A stretch of DNA of 64,000 nucleotides from Chiloscyllium plagiosum. Lineage: Eukaryota. Positions 1 through 13,295 of the stretch are shown here, piece by piece. How positions within the stretch are numbered: the stretch's first letter is position 1; each line of letters opens with the position of its first letter. The notes beneath the pieces are model-generated. The model saw only the letters and a program-made list of their open reading frames with translations, did not search any database and was not told where the DNA came from. The DNA is taken from positions 8,036,084-8,100,083 of the forward strand of contig NC_057750.1 of the NCBI RefSeq assembly GCF_004010195.1. The letters are read 5' to 3'. The position numbers and the translations under genes were made by a program.

Positions 1-192
1 AGATGAAGTGCCATAGGGCACCAACATGGAAGGAAATATTCATGTCTGGGTGCAGAAAAAGACCTTTATCTGCTGAATGAGGAGGTAAGTGAATTATAAC
101 AGGCATGCAAGAAAGGACAGCCTCTTCTCTACTATTTAATGTTTGTACAGTTCCTCAGGGAGCGGAATCTGCCACCCCTTTAATTGGAACAA

Positions 193-320
193 AACAAAGA
201 ACAGTGGATGCTGGAGATCTGAAACAAAAACAAATTTCTGGATAAACTCAGCAGGTATAGCAACATTTATGGGGAGAAAATAGAGTTAATGCTTCAAGTT
301 CGGTGTTTCTTCAGCAATTT
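193..320 (-). mobile_element. Degenerate PLE-derived terminal repeat (hammerhead-type family, decayed)
   Basis: gatgctggagatct...aaactcagcaggt...gagttaatgcttc...cttcag resembles the reverse complement of the elements at 29900-29980 and 36808-36940. Confidence 0.45.
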
Positions 321-1409
321 CTATCTTTGTTTCACTCCTCTGACTGGTCTGGCTAATCTATGACCCTAGCCCACACTGTGGTTTCTTTTGCCCTGAGATA
401 TGAACCCTCAAGCTCTGCTTTTTGAGTTAGGTTTAAAACATGAATGCAGAAGGTGGTGCCTGAAATGATTCAACGTGGATTGTGTCAACAGAGCAGCTTA
501 CAGGCGGCATCATAATATTCCTGTCCTTACTAAACACATCTACGTTTCAGCAAATTCAAAAGAGTGAATACAGGTTGATTTTCTTTTGCCCTCCCTAGCT
601 GGGAGATGCTAAATTGAACTGAAGTGTCTCAATTCAAGTTACAGAAATGGTCTGCTAGAGGGGGATAAGATTCCAAAGGTCAGCACAACTCAGTGTCATA
701 AAAGATGGTGCATTTTCCCACTGAACCAGAGGAGTGGTGGTGCTCCCTCACTTTTGATACTTGTTTAACAGATCACAGTGATATACAAAGCAGGTTATGT
801 CCATCATTCCTGGCATTCATTCCCATCTGGAGCATTTCCTTTCGCTGAATCAGTTTCAGGGGTCTAAATGGCATTAATATTTCTTTCACGACTCATTAAT
901 TGTCTGTCAATTCCAAGTCCCTGTCTTGGCATTAACCACGCTCCATCCCTCACTCTATTCTCTTCGCTCAGTCATATGTTAATGACAGATATGGAGTCTG
1001 TCAAAGCTCTATGTTGATTGGCTAAATGATCATGCATATGGAAAGGGACAGAAGTAAAAAAACCCCACCCAGGTCAAGAGTTGAAGGCAGTGGCAGTAAC
1101 AGGGAGTGACATAAGACAAATCCGTCTGTAAATCACCATACTTCTTGTTGGATGCAAAGCTGTCTTTGCAGAATTACTCATCATTAAATAGTAATTCAAA
1201 CTTGTAAAGGCATCTTCATACTGTCACAAACGTTCTGGTGCATATCATGATTAAACACGTAGATATTAAAGGCATTTTTTGAAGAGGTCTTTGGGAAAAA
1301 GTTTCATAACATGGGAACAGGCTGCCAAAACTGTCACTGGTAACAGAAGGTAGGAGGGAGTAGACTGATGAAGATCTGAGTGGGGAGGTAGAGATTGGAG
1401 GTGATTGGC

Positions 1410-2310
1410 ATTTCATTCCACACACGAACCACCCTGTGTGAAAAAGTTGTTGCTCAGGTCCCTTTTAAATCTATCTCCTCTCACCTTAAAATTCTGCTGT
1501 CTAGTTTTGAACTCCCCAACAGTACTCCCTTGGGATCTACCATTAAGTATATATCCTTCCCTTATTGGGCCTCCCAAAATGCATCAACTTGCATTTACTG
1601 GAATAAAGTTCCATCTGTCCTTGCTCTGCCCAATTTACCAGCTGACTAGTATCAGACTGTAGCCTGAGACCATCCTCCTCTCTGTCAACATCACCACTAA
1701 TTTTCATGTCATCTGCCAACTTACTAATTATGCTGTCTAGGTTTACAACCAAGTCATTAATGTACATATAACCAGCAAGGGTTTCAGCACTGAACCTTGT
1801 GGTCATAGGCTTCCAATTACAAAAACAACCCTCCACCATCACATTGTGCCTCCTTTTTGTAAGTCAATTTTGGATCCAGTTTCCTTAGCCTTGGATTCCA
1901 TGGGCTCTCAACTTTTGGACCAGCCTTCCATGTGGGACAACATCAAAGGTCTTACTGGAGTCTGTGAGAATCACATCAAATGCACTGCTCTCATTAATAT
2001 CTAGACTTCTCTTCCATCTGGGGCATCCTTACTGTATCCAACCTGTCTACTCCTGTTATAATTTTATAGGCTTATATTAAATGCCTCCCTCCACTTCTTC
2101 TCAACTCCAGTGAATACAATCCTAACCAACTGAACGTCTCCTCATACACAAGCCGTGTCATCGCAGGAATCAATTCGGTAAACCTTTGTTGCACTCCCTC
2201 TATAGCAAGAATACCCTTCCTCAGATAAGGAGCCCAAAACTGCGCACAATATTCCAGGTATGGCCTCAACTATGCTCTGTATATTTGCAGCAAGAACTCT
2301 TGTACTTGCA
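1410..2310 (-). mobile_element. CR1-type LINE ORF2/3' fragments
   Basis: ORF-track peptides YINDL...SKLADDMKI and RPYLEYCAQFWAPYLRK are typical of the CR1 RT C-terminus; frameshifted. Confidence 0.85.
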
Positions 2311-2789
2311 TTCAGCAACGACCCCAATGATATCGGGTATTAAAACATGCTGCAATCGATTGTCTTGACAGATTAAAGCTGAAGGCTCCAAGCTGTAAAG
2401 CCAGGGTTGCTACTGCAAGTTTGGTTTTTATCGTGCTGTACATGGAATCTCAGCTGAGTAACATTAGGCATGCTACAACTAACCACAGCATGGAGATATT
2501 TGAGCCAGCGAAGAAAAATTAGCCATGATTTCCAATTTTAAATACTATACTGGAAGTGTGTGCATGGCAACCAGATACGGGCATGACTGAGCTCAATTGT
2601 GTCACCCTTCTATTCACACAGACAGCTTGCATTCGCTGTTAAGGTTACACAGAAACAATTGTCACTTGGATGCCTCGATCAATGTGATCTCCACCTCTGC
2701 TAACATCATTCATAACCCATTGAGGTTTTCTTTTCGGATTTGCTCATACAAATGATTTAGTACAATAAGATAATTTAAATGCTGGTTTG

Positions 2790-4750
2790 CCACTGGGAAA
2801 AATGCAATAGCAAATCATTTAAAAACACATCATAAGATCAAGCAGAGCCAACATGGCTTCGTAAAGAGGAATCATGTCTAACAAATTTGTCAGAATTCTC
2901 TGATGTGGTAACAAGCAGAATAAATAAAGGGGAAGCTGTGGATATCCAGAACTTGGATTTTGAGAAGGCATTTGGTAAAGGTAGTACACATTAGGCTACT
3001 TAATAAGAACCCATGGGTTTGGAGCTTGTGTACAAGGATGGAGAGAGGATTGGCTAAGACAGGGAATTCAGATAAGGGGGGCATTTTCAGGAGGGCAACT
3101 TGTAACTAGTAGAGCGCCGCAGTGTCCATAGCTGAAACCACAATTACTTACAATAGATATTAATGACTTGGATGAAGGAAGTGAATGTATTGTAGCAAGT
3201 TTGGAGATAACACAAACATTGGTCAGAAGGCCAAATTGTGAGGATGAGCACAAAGAGTCCACAGAAAAATATGGACAGATTAAGCAAGTGGGCAAAAACT
3301 TGGCAGATGAAATATAATATAGGAAAATGTGAAATTATGCACTTTAATAGGAAGCACAGACAGGGTGAATAGTATTTAAATGGAGAAAGACTGTAAAAAG
3401 CATCAGAACAGAGTAATTTGGAAGTTCACACTTATGAATCATAAAAAGCCAGCATATAGAAGCAAAGAGGTTCTTCTGCAGCTGTACAGGGCCCTGGTGA
3501 GACCGCACCTGGAATATTGTGTGCAGTTTTGGTCTCCAAATTTGAGGAAAGACATTCTGGCTATTGAGGGAATGCAGCATAGGTTCACAAGGTCAATTCC
3601 CGGAATGGCGGGACCATCTTACGTTGAAAGATTGGAGCGGCTGGGCTGGTATACTCTTGAGTTTAGAAGACTGAGAGGGGATCTGATTGAGACGTATAAG
3701 ATTATTGAAGGATTGGACACTCTGGAGGCAGGAAACATGTTTCTGCTGATGGGTGAGTCCCAAACCAGAGGACAGTTTAAAAAAAGGGGTAGGCCATTTA
3801 CAACAGAGTTGAGGAGAAACTTCTTCACCCAGAGAGTGGTGAGTGTGTGGAATGCTCTGCCCCAGAAGGCTGTGGAGGCCAAGTCTCTGATACTTTCAAG
3901 AAAGAGTTGGATAGAACTCTTAAGGATAGTGGAATTAAGAGTTATTGGGATAAGGCAGGAACAGGATACTGATTGAGAATGATCAGCCCATGATCATAAT
4001 GAATGGTGGTGCTGGCTCGAAGGGCAGAATGGCCTACTCCTGCACCTATTGTCTATAAAACACAGAGGTATACTGCAAACAGTTTTGGGCCCTTTTATTG
4101 AACAAAAAATGTACAGCAATGGAGGGCACTGCAGAAAATAATCATTCGGCCAATACCAGGTAAGGATGGATGTTGTTATTGGGAAGGAAGAATAGACTGC
4201 GTTTGTAATCAGTGGAGTTTCTAAGAATAAGGATCTTATTCAGACGTACAAGATTCTCAGGGGACTTGACAAGGGTAAATGCAGAAAGGTTGCTTCCCCT
4301 TGCGGGAGAGTCGAGGACCAGAGGACATAATCTCCGAATAAGGGGCCACCTATTTAAGACAGAAATGAGGCTGAATTCCTTCTCTCGGACGGTAGTGAAT
4401 TTATGGAATTCTTTGCCACAGAGTGCTGTCAAGGCGGGGTCATTAACATCATTCCCCCTAAGCAGTGAGGCTGTGCATGTGCTCAACTTCTCCAAGGTTG
4501 ACTGGCGTCTGCACACTGATCAGACTATTGACTTCTACTTCCAGAAGTTGCTGCCATGCATGGACCGCAGAGTCCCGCATGGTTGAAAAGCAAATTAGAG
4601 TCTACGCCTGTTGACTATATTCAAGGTTTAGACAGACAGATAATCAATAAGGAAATCAATGGTTAGAGGGAAAAGACAGGTACTGAGGATGGTCAGATCA
4701 GCTTTGATTTCATTGAATGGCTTACTTCTGCTCCAATGTCTTCTGGTCTT
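2790..4750 (+). mobile_element. CR1 LINE fragments: older copy with a younger 3' fragment (~3450-4055)
   Basis: ORF 3380-3976 contains LYRALVRPHLEYCVQFWSP...LEFRRLRGDLIETYKII and is followed by the CR1 3' UTR (gaatggcctactcctgcacct). Degenerate RT motifs at 2790-3440. Confidence 0.88.
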
Positions 4751-4899
4751 GTGGTTACTGCAACAGTAGACTCAGCCTCCTTTTGTGCTACCTATCTCCG
4801 CCAGCCAACAAAAATCTGGCTTCACTAATTGCACTTCCTAGCTTTGGTCCAGGTCTATGGAGACGATGGCAACACAAATGAATATTCTAATATTGCTTA

Positions 4900-6940
4900 T
4901 AGCATCATTCGGCAGAAATGGAAACAGACACTACAGTCCAACTCATCCATGCTGGCCAAGTTTGCCAAACTAAACTAGTCCCACTTGCCTATGTTTGGCC
5001 TGTATCCCTCTAAACCTTTCCTATTTATGTACCTATCCAAATGGTTTTAAAAAATATTCTAACTATATCTGCACCCACCACTCCATCTGGCAGTTCATTC
5101 AACATCTGAACCACCCTGTGAGAGAAAAAAATTGCCTCTCGGATCCTTTTAAATCTTTCTCCTCTCACCTTAAGACTTTGTCCTTTAGATTCGAACTTTC
5201 TCAGCCTTAGGAAAAGACCTTTGCTATTTACTCTATCTATACCCCTCATGATTTTATAAACCTCCATAAGGTCACCCCACAACCTTCTACGCTCTAGTGA
5301 AAAAAGTCCCAGCTTATTCTTATAACTCAAATCCTCCAGTCCCAGCAACATCCTGGCAAATCCTCTCCAATTTAATAACATCCTTTCTATACCAGCGTGA
5401 CCAAAACTGAACACAGTACTCCAAAAATGGCCTCAACAATGTTCAGTAAAACCTCAACATGATGTTCCAACTCCTATACTCAATGGTCTTAGCAATGAAG
5501 GCAAGCATGCTAAGCACCTTCTTAACCACCCTGTCCACCTGTGATGCAACTTTCAAAGAAATATGCACCTGAACCCTTAGGTCTCTCTGTTCTACAACAC
5601 TAACCAAGGCCCTACCAATAACCATGCAAGTCCTACTCATGTTCATTTTACCAAAATGCAATCTTGCATTTAACCAAATTAAACTTCATCTGCCACTCTT
5701 TAGCCCAGTGGCCCAATTGATCAAGATCCCTTTGTAATCTTAGATATCCATCTTCACTGTTGACTATACAACCAATTTTGGTGTCATCCACAAACTTACT
5801 AACCATTCCTCCTAAATTCTCATCTAAATCACTTATATAAATGCAAACAAAAGTGGATCCAGCACCGACCCACCACTAGTCACAGACCTCCAGTTTGAAA
5901 ACCAACCATCCTCCACCACCCTCTGTCTCATACCATCAAGCCAACTTTGTATCCAACTGGCAAGCTCGCTCTGAATTTCGGTGATCTCACTTTACTAATT
6001 AGTCTGCCATTCGAAACCTTGTCAAAGGCTTCATTGAAGTCCCTGTAGACCATGTCTGCTGCTCTGTCCTCATCAATCTTATGTCCTCAAAAAAAAAAAT
6101 CAATCAAGTTTGGGAGACAATTTCCCATGCACAATGCCATGTTGACTATTCCAAACACATGTAAATCCTATTTTTTCAGAACCCCCTCCAACAATAGAGG
6201 TCAGACTCACAATTCCATAGTTCTCAGACTTCGCTTGGCAGTCTTTCTAAAATAAAGGCACAACATTAGCCACCCTCCAGTTCTCTGGCATCTCACCCAT
6301 AACCGTAGGTGATATATATATATCTGCTCGGGGCCCTGCAATTTCTTCCCTAACTTCCCACAATATCCTGGGATATATTTGGACAGTTCTCGGACACTTA
6401 TCCACCTTTACGTTTTTTTAAGACCTCCAGAGCTTCCTCTTCTGTAATGTGGACTGTTTTCAAGTCATCAATATCTATTCCCCCAAGCACTCGAGCCTCC
6501 ATTTCTTTCTCCAAAGTAAAAACTGATGCAGAAAATTCATTTAGGTCTCTCCCATCTCCTTTGGTTGCTCATATAGATGACATCATTCATCTTCAAGGGA
6601 CCCTACTCTCTCCCTAGTTGCTCTTTTGCTCTAAATGTAGGTGTAGAATCTCTTTGAATTATCTTTAACCTTACCCGCCAAGGCTATCTTATATCCCCTC
6701 TTTGCCCTCTTGATTTCCCTCTTAAGAATGCCCCTACTCCCCTTATACTCTTCAAGAGATTCACTTGATCCCAGTGAATATACCTAATATATGACTCCCT
6801 CTTATTATTGACTGGAACCTCAATATCTTTAGTCATTTGTTGTCCCTTACCCTTACCAGCCTTAACCTTTACTCTAACAGGAACATAATGCCTCTGAACT
6901 CTCATTATCTCACTTTTAAAATTCTCCCACTTGCCAATTG
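4900..6940 (-). mobile_element. ~2-kb 5'-truncated CR1 LINE (HER1-like)
   Basis: Continuous minus-strand RT remnants (MHFGK..., LERRRLWGDLMEVYKIMRGIDRV), with the 3' tail near 4900-4990. Confidence 0.85.
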
Positions 6941-7128
6941 CTTATTAGAGTTTCTGACTCAAACACCTTTTCAGGCAGCGAATTCCAGATTCCATCTCTG
7001 AGTGAAATAAATCTTCCTCTTTGCATTTTACTTAACTCTATGCCCCTGATTACTGACCTCTCTCTTCATGGAAGAAACTGCCTTCCATTCCACCCTATCT
7101 TCGCTGTGCCAAAGAAAGCACCAGCCTA

Positions 7129-7228
7129 AAATGTGTTGCTGGAAAAGCGCAGCAGGTCAGGCAGCATTCAAGGAGCAGGAGAATCGACGTTTCGGGCATG
7201 AGCCCTTCACAGTCCTCACTTTCTCCTC
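7129..7228 (-). mobile_element. Collapsed hammerhead-type PLE mini-element with 14-bp TSD
   Basis: aaagca(c/t)cagccta at 7115-7128 and 7229-7242. Inverted arm GGGCTCATGCCCGAAACGTC fused to the forward tail cagtcctcactttctcctc. Confidence 0.8.
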
Positions 7229-7389
7229 AAAGCATCAGCCTATCCAATCTTTCCTCATTGCTCAGACCCTCCAGCCAGGCAGCATCCCAGTAAATCTCTT
7301 CTGACCCTCTGAATAAACAGGTGACTTAAGCTGCATACAGTAGTTGAGTTGTGGTCTAAGCTGCCTTTTATATAATTCTAGCATAACCT

Positions 7390-8240
7390 ATAAGACAATA
7401 AGAAATAGGAACAGGAGAAGATCTTTCGGCCCCTCAAGCCTACTTCGCCATTTTAATTGGATCATGGTTGATCCAACAATCCTCATGTCCTGCCCTTTCC
7501 CAGTAACCCTGGACTCCCCTAATCCTCAAGAATCTATCTCAGCTTTCAATGACAATGACTCTACCCCCGCAGCTCTCTGTGACAAGGAGTTCCCAAGACA
7601 GTCAACCCGCTGAGAGAAGACATCCCTCCTCATCTCAGTGTTAAATTGCTGCCCTTTTATTCTGAGACTGTGCACCCTAGTCCTAGACTTTCCATTGAGG
7701 GGAAACATTCTCTCAGCATTTACCCTGTCAAGCCCCTTAACAATCCAAGATGTTTCAATGAGATCACGCCTCATTCTTCTAAATTCCAACGAGTACCTAT
7801 TTAACCTTTGCTCACAAGATAATCCTTCCATACCAAGGATCATCCTAGTGAACCTCCACTGAAATAATAGTTTCTTAAACAAGAACTAAAACTGCACACA
7901 GTACTCCCGATATGGGTTCACCACCACCTTGTACAGTTACAGTAAGACTTCCCTATTCTTATACTCCAAACCTCTTGAAATAATTCCATTAGCTTTCCTG
8001 CTGTCTGTGTACTAGTTTCCTATGTTTCATCTGTGAGTATCCCTTTGTGTTGCAGCTTTCAGAAATTTCTCTCCATTTAAATAACACTGTTCTTTTGTTC
8101 TCCGTCCCAAAAATAACAACTATACATTTTCCCACATCATTCTTCATTGGCCAACTTTTGCCCACTTACTTAACCTCTCAATATCTCTACATAAACTGTT
8201 TGCATCCCCCTCACAACTTGCCGTTTCATTAATTTTGCCT
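7390..8240 (-). mobile_element. CR1 LINE 3' fragment
   Basis: ORF 7526-7882 LEFRRMRRDLIETSWIVKGLDRVNAERMFPL; 3' tail near 7390. Confidence 0.85.
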
Positions 8241-10556
8241 TATTGTTCTCGTATTTTATACCTTGGGTGGTAAAGGCAATAATCTCATTTGCATTCTTAA
8301 TCACCTTATTTACATGCCCTACTACTTCCGGGATCTAAGGGCATGTTAAAAGGTCGCTGTAATCTTCAATTCTGAAATCTATATAAAAATGTTTTTAACA
8401 TTTATGAATAATCTTTCTAAACCAACTCGAAGCATTTTTTAAACCAAGTTTAACAGAAGAGTGCAGTGATGAGAAGCCAGTCTATGCTGTTTTTAACGAA
8501 CCATTCTCATTTTGCCTGACTTTTTGAGTGCTTGCAGTCTTTTTCTGATAAATTACTGTTCAACGTCAGTGCCCATAACGCTTAATTGTGTTATTGAAAG
8601 GAAACTTATTTCTAATCTAATAAGCATGCTGTGTGCCAACACTCACCAAAGAATAGCCACATGGGCCAATTTCAGTGAGCTGCTAGTATCTCAGCATAAA
8701 TCAGTGGCTTTTGAAGAACAAAGGAAATAGAAATGTTTTTCAGAAAAAACTCAAGTTCCACTGCTCACTGGTGTTGTGCTAAGATTATTCTACTCAGTAA
8801 GGGCTGATAGTATAATATGATTTTTTAAAATCTGTTTCCATTCCAATAAAACTTTCAAATTGGCACGAGTGACAGCCTAATCACAACGTCCACTTAGATG
8901 CCAACCTTTCTGCAGATTGGTACTCCATGGTTTGAGCATACAGGGCCTTGATGCTGATTGGCTAAAATTGAGAAGGAACTGAGGAAAGATTGAGCCTTTG
9001 TGCATTTCTGTGTTTTGCTCAATAATACTCAGTGTTCCTGCTCTGCAGCTCTTTTGTCTGTTGTTTTCAGGTCTGAAATTGAATCCTGTTTACCATTAAA
9101 ATACACTCATTGAGACAGTGATGTTGCCAGCCTGTGCATGACCCTGATTGTAAAGCTGTTTGAACTTATGGCTCTGGAGGCTTGTTGAAGGCTGTTATTA
9201 GCTCGATACATCTTTGATGGACATGTCCTAAATCAGAACACTGGAATCTACTGTTATCAGCAATCTGAGATAACTGTATGTTAATGGGAGCACAGTTTAA
9301 GTGTTTTCAGAATCAGAGGCCCTATGGTGTGCAACATGGGAGGCTTCTGGCGACAAAACTCTTGGGGAATCTTAGTTTGGTACATTAGTGTACCACCTGG
9401 CATGGCACTTATTGCCACAGAATAGAAAGATTATTTATTTCTAGCCTGTGATATGCATGCTGTTTGCCAACACACTGAGATATAGTCACATGGGCCAGAT
9501 ATCATTGAATTTCTACATCCACAGTATAAATCAGTGCCCTCTAAAGAGGGGAGAAATAGAAGTATTTTTCAGAACGAATGAGTCCCACTGCTCACTGCTG
9601 CCATGGTAAGCTCGCTATGTGCAGTAGGAGCTGTAAGATTAAAAAACAAACAGTCAGTACTCTGAGGATTAATACAATTCACATAACACCGAAGAAGTAA
9701 ACAAAACAGTGAACTAACAGCGACACAGCACAGGGCTAATTGGAGCAGTATGTGAAACTAATGACTCAAAGGCAATCAAGTTACATATTAGCTATGTCCC
9801 ACTAGAGCTGTCGCAGCATTGTGAATACATGAGCGTTACTGCCATGAAACACTACCCATTAAGGTTACATGCGGGCAGATGTTACTGTCTATGGGGTCAT
9901 TCTTCTGTTGATTCTACCAGATGTTGGTATTCACTTTTAGTGACAAATGACCAGAATTAGCTGTGGCGTTTGGACAGCTATTTGTATTATAAATCTGTTA
10001 AAGGCATTGGCTTCAAGAATTCCAAAATAAAACCTGACATGTTAATTGTAGCATCCCCAACTGCTGGCTCAGTGGAGATGAATTAATTCATTACATACCA
10101 GGAACTGAATCAGTGATTTTCTAGTTAAGGGCTCAATGACATCTGTCAACAAAGCTGCCAGGTTCTTCCCCTTTTCAGTGGTAAACTCATTCAATTTTCA
10201 GTATATTTTGGATTGTTGGATCTCAGCGTAGGCAGCGTGGGGTGTTACACTTTGTTTAAAGAAGCAGAGTCCGGGAGACAAACACCTTGCCCCAGATTGC
10301 TATGAGTGACATTCACAGCACCCACACACAATTCATTGGAAAGGCTGTACATGTCGATATTGGATTAATTGGATTCAGCTGTGTAAATTGACTGATAGTC
10401 TCGTAAAAAACCGTCATGACTTGCATGCAATGACTGGTGAGTCAAGCTACCCAAAGGTGCTGCCAACAGAAGATGAGTGGAGCAAATTGGAAAAAAAAGT
10501 GAACTGTTCAAGACTGGAGTCAACATCCAGTGCAAGAACATTATTTCCTTTATAAG

Positions 10557-11347
10557 AGTTATGGACCAGACCTGACCCCCTCAAAATATATTATAATGAT
10601 AGTCTAAACCCTAACTTTTTCTTACTTTAAAGATAAGGTGCTGCTCTCCAGATGAAATTTGATTGGTTAAACTTCCAGATTTGAAACAAAGCACACTGTA
10701 TTCATACACTTTAGTCAAAATAGAACAAATGTGGAAAAAATAAAAGAATTGGCTTAGCTATAACTCTATTGGAAAACGTAGCAGAATAGTAGATTGGTTA
10801 CTAAACAGTAACTGTTCCAATATAGTAACATCCCATAAACGCACTCTTGGCAAAAGATAATTCATAAAATAGATGGTCTCACATGCAACTCCAGTAGAAG
10901 GAAGAGACCTCTCCCCCAGTTTTTAGTTGTAACCGAGAGAGGAGAATGTAGCAGGGAGAGATGTACAGCAGCTTCCAAACCCTGCTGAGACTCCAGCAAC
11001 AACTGCTACTGAAAAACTAAGAAAGTAAAAATCTTGATTCTGTGAGAGCTTGACCACACCCATTCAGGCTGCTTGTATTGTTCCAACGTTTTAAAAAAAA
11101 ACCAAGGCCTCGCAAGTTGTTTACAAGTTTTCAATATATATCTCAGCGCCTCCTTAAAACCTTTCTTTAAAAAACAAACAGGACAACATCTGGATGGATA
11201 TACGAATAGGAAAGGTTTAGAGGGATATGGGCTAAATACTGAAAATGGGACTAGATTAATGGTCAGCATGGATGAGTTGGACCAAAGGGTCTATTCGCAT
11301 GCTGTACAGCTCTATGACTCACCTCTTAAAGCCATAGCGCCATCACA
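10557..11347 (-). mobile_element. Probable solo LTR with a nested CR1 3' tail (~11187-11319, +)
   Basis: Minus strand begins TGTGATG and ends CCATAACT (CA end decayed). Flanks ataag/atagg (4/5 match). Non-coding and resembles shark LTR-type repeats I recognise. Confidence 0.55.
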
Positions 11348-13145
11348 ATAGGGAAGAGGTTCCAGATAATAAAGATTGAACTACATTCAGCTTCAAAATG
11401 TGAGACTCTAAGGAATTTTAATCTCACCTTCCTATTTAAGGATTCCCAAAGCTGATGTTTTTACAAATTCCTAACAGACATCTGTGTCTGAACATCCAGT
11501 CACAGCCGAAAGCTTCACATTTTAAATAGGGGCTAACATCTGGCACAGCTAACATGAGAAACCTCCCTTAAACAGTAACACTTGTATACATGTAGCTTTG
11601 TACATATAGAGTAGTGATGTTTGAACAATCCTGATTTGACTCTAGTGAGACATAGCCAATATGTACATTTTTTTTGGATGGAACCTTTACAAATCACAAG
11701 CTGCAACTATGTACCTTTCAGTTTATTCATTAATGGGATGTGGGCATGTGTGGCTGAGTCAGCATGTATTGACTATTCTAACTGTTCCTTTAAGTACTGA
11801 TGGTGGACTCACATATTTAGTGTAAGTACACTCACAGTGATGAAGAAAGTTTGAGAATTTGACCCAGTGACAGCGAAGAAATGCCAATCTATTCCCATGT
11901 CAGGGTGGTATATGGCTTGAAGAGGAGCTTGCAGGTGCTTTTTTCATATATCTACCACCTTTGTCCTTCTGCTGGAGGGTTTTGCAACACGGGGGTCAGG
12001 AGTCCAAGTGGGCTAGCAAGCTGGAATTGTGGGATGGTAAACTCTGAGGCAGTAACGACTGCTATGGAACTCTGACAGTTATAACAACTGTGCTTCTGCT
12101 TTAACAGTTTCCTGGTCTCAGATGGGGGTCACTCACAATTTGATCACTGAGAGAAAAAGTTTGGAAAACACTGCATTCTGTTGTCGGGATTATGAATTTG
12201 GGAGGTGCTGTCAAAGAAGACTTAATCTTTCATTCAGCAAAAACACTCATGGTTTGCACTTTTCTTTCAACGTACTAGTTTCTCAAATACTATTTTGAAT
12301 TAGAGTTTATCTGCTTTATCACTCTGTGATGATACATCATCCAATACCAATAGGGTGGTCAGATTATCTTTTATATCAAGTTGACTGCCACATTTTCTAC
12401 AGTGACTATACTTCAGAATTATTTCAATGGTTGTAAAGGGCTTTGGAATGTCATAACATTATGAACAGTGCTTTTTTTTTAAAAAAAAATGCCTTGCTAA
12501 CCCATAGGGTTGATGCATTTGGGAGCAATCTTTGGAGAACATCCTTACCTCCTTAACTGTTGGAAATTCAGCCTCCAGTTACATAGCTGAAACAAGGAAC
12601 TTGGCTTATTGTACAAGAAAAAGCATCAATTACAGCCATCACCCCTGCACCCCACTTCAGCTACGTAATCCATATTTTTATGTTGTGGTTCCTTTTCTGA
12701 TCACTCTCCAAAGCATTTTATAATGATGGGTACCATTTTGTAGCAAATACCCACTGTCAGAAAGGTGGAAACAAAAGTAATCACCCATCTAAGTGACTAT
12801 ACTTTATGTGTGACAGCAGAATTTCAGTTATTAATATGCTATTCAAATGAGAGAACATCACAAATGAGGCTGATCATCGAGTTATCTAATATTTATAAAT
12901 GTTTTCCAACAATCAGAGGAAAGCCCTTGAGTCAATTTATCCTTTTCTTAGTCCAGATTTACTAATGGCAGTTAATGGAAGCTTGACTATCAACGTGCAC
13001 GTGTTCAATAATGTTGTACCACAGGGAGGGAGTGACACATATCTCAGAGGGAGTGCACCGAAGCCAAGTACCAAATTCAGTTATAGATGAAGAACCACAA
13101 TAACTTGATCACAGCAGCTTCAAAAATCCTGAAGCCATACCGTAC

Positions 13146-13295
13146 CTCCACAAAGTTGGTGTGTTTGGCATCACGAACGGTCACCACTGCATGAACCTCC
13201 TCAATGAGCTTCTGTTTCTCATCATCATCAAACTGCATATACCACTTTGCCAAGCGGGTTTTCCCAGCACGGTTCTGAATAAGAATGAAACGGAT
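13146..13295 (-). CDS. AP2S1: AP-2 complex subunit sigma, coding exon 2 (150 nt, phase 0/0)
   Basis: Reverse complement translates [50 protein letters not shown], matching vertebrate AP2S1 residues 2-51. Flanked by a pyrimidine-rich acceptor (ttttctctctttag|ATC) and donor GAG|gtacgg. Confidence 0.97.

Noticed and set aside
1..90. Plus-strand donor-like GAG|gtaagt at ~84
   Set aside because: Upstream frames contain stops, it is antisense within the AP2S1 intron, and there is no other support.
3380..3976. 198-aa ORF as a host gene
   Set aside because: It is the C-terminus of CR1 ORF2, truncated and followed by a LINE tail.
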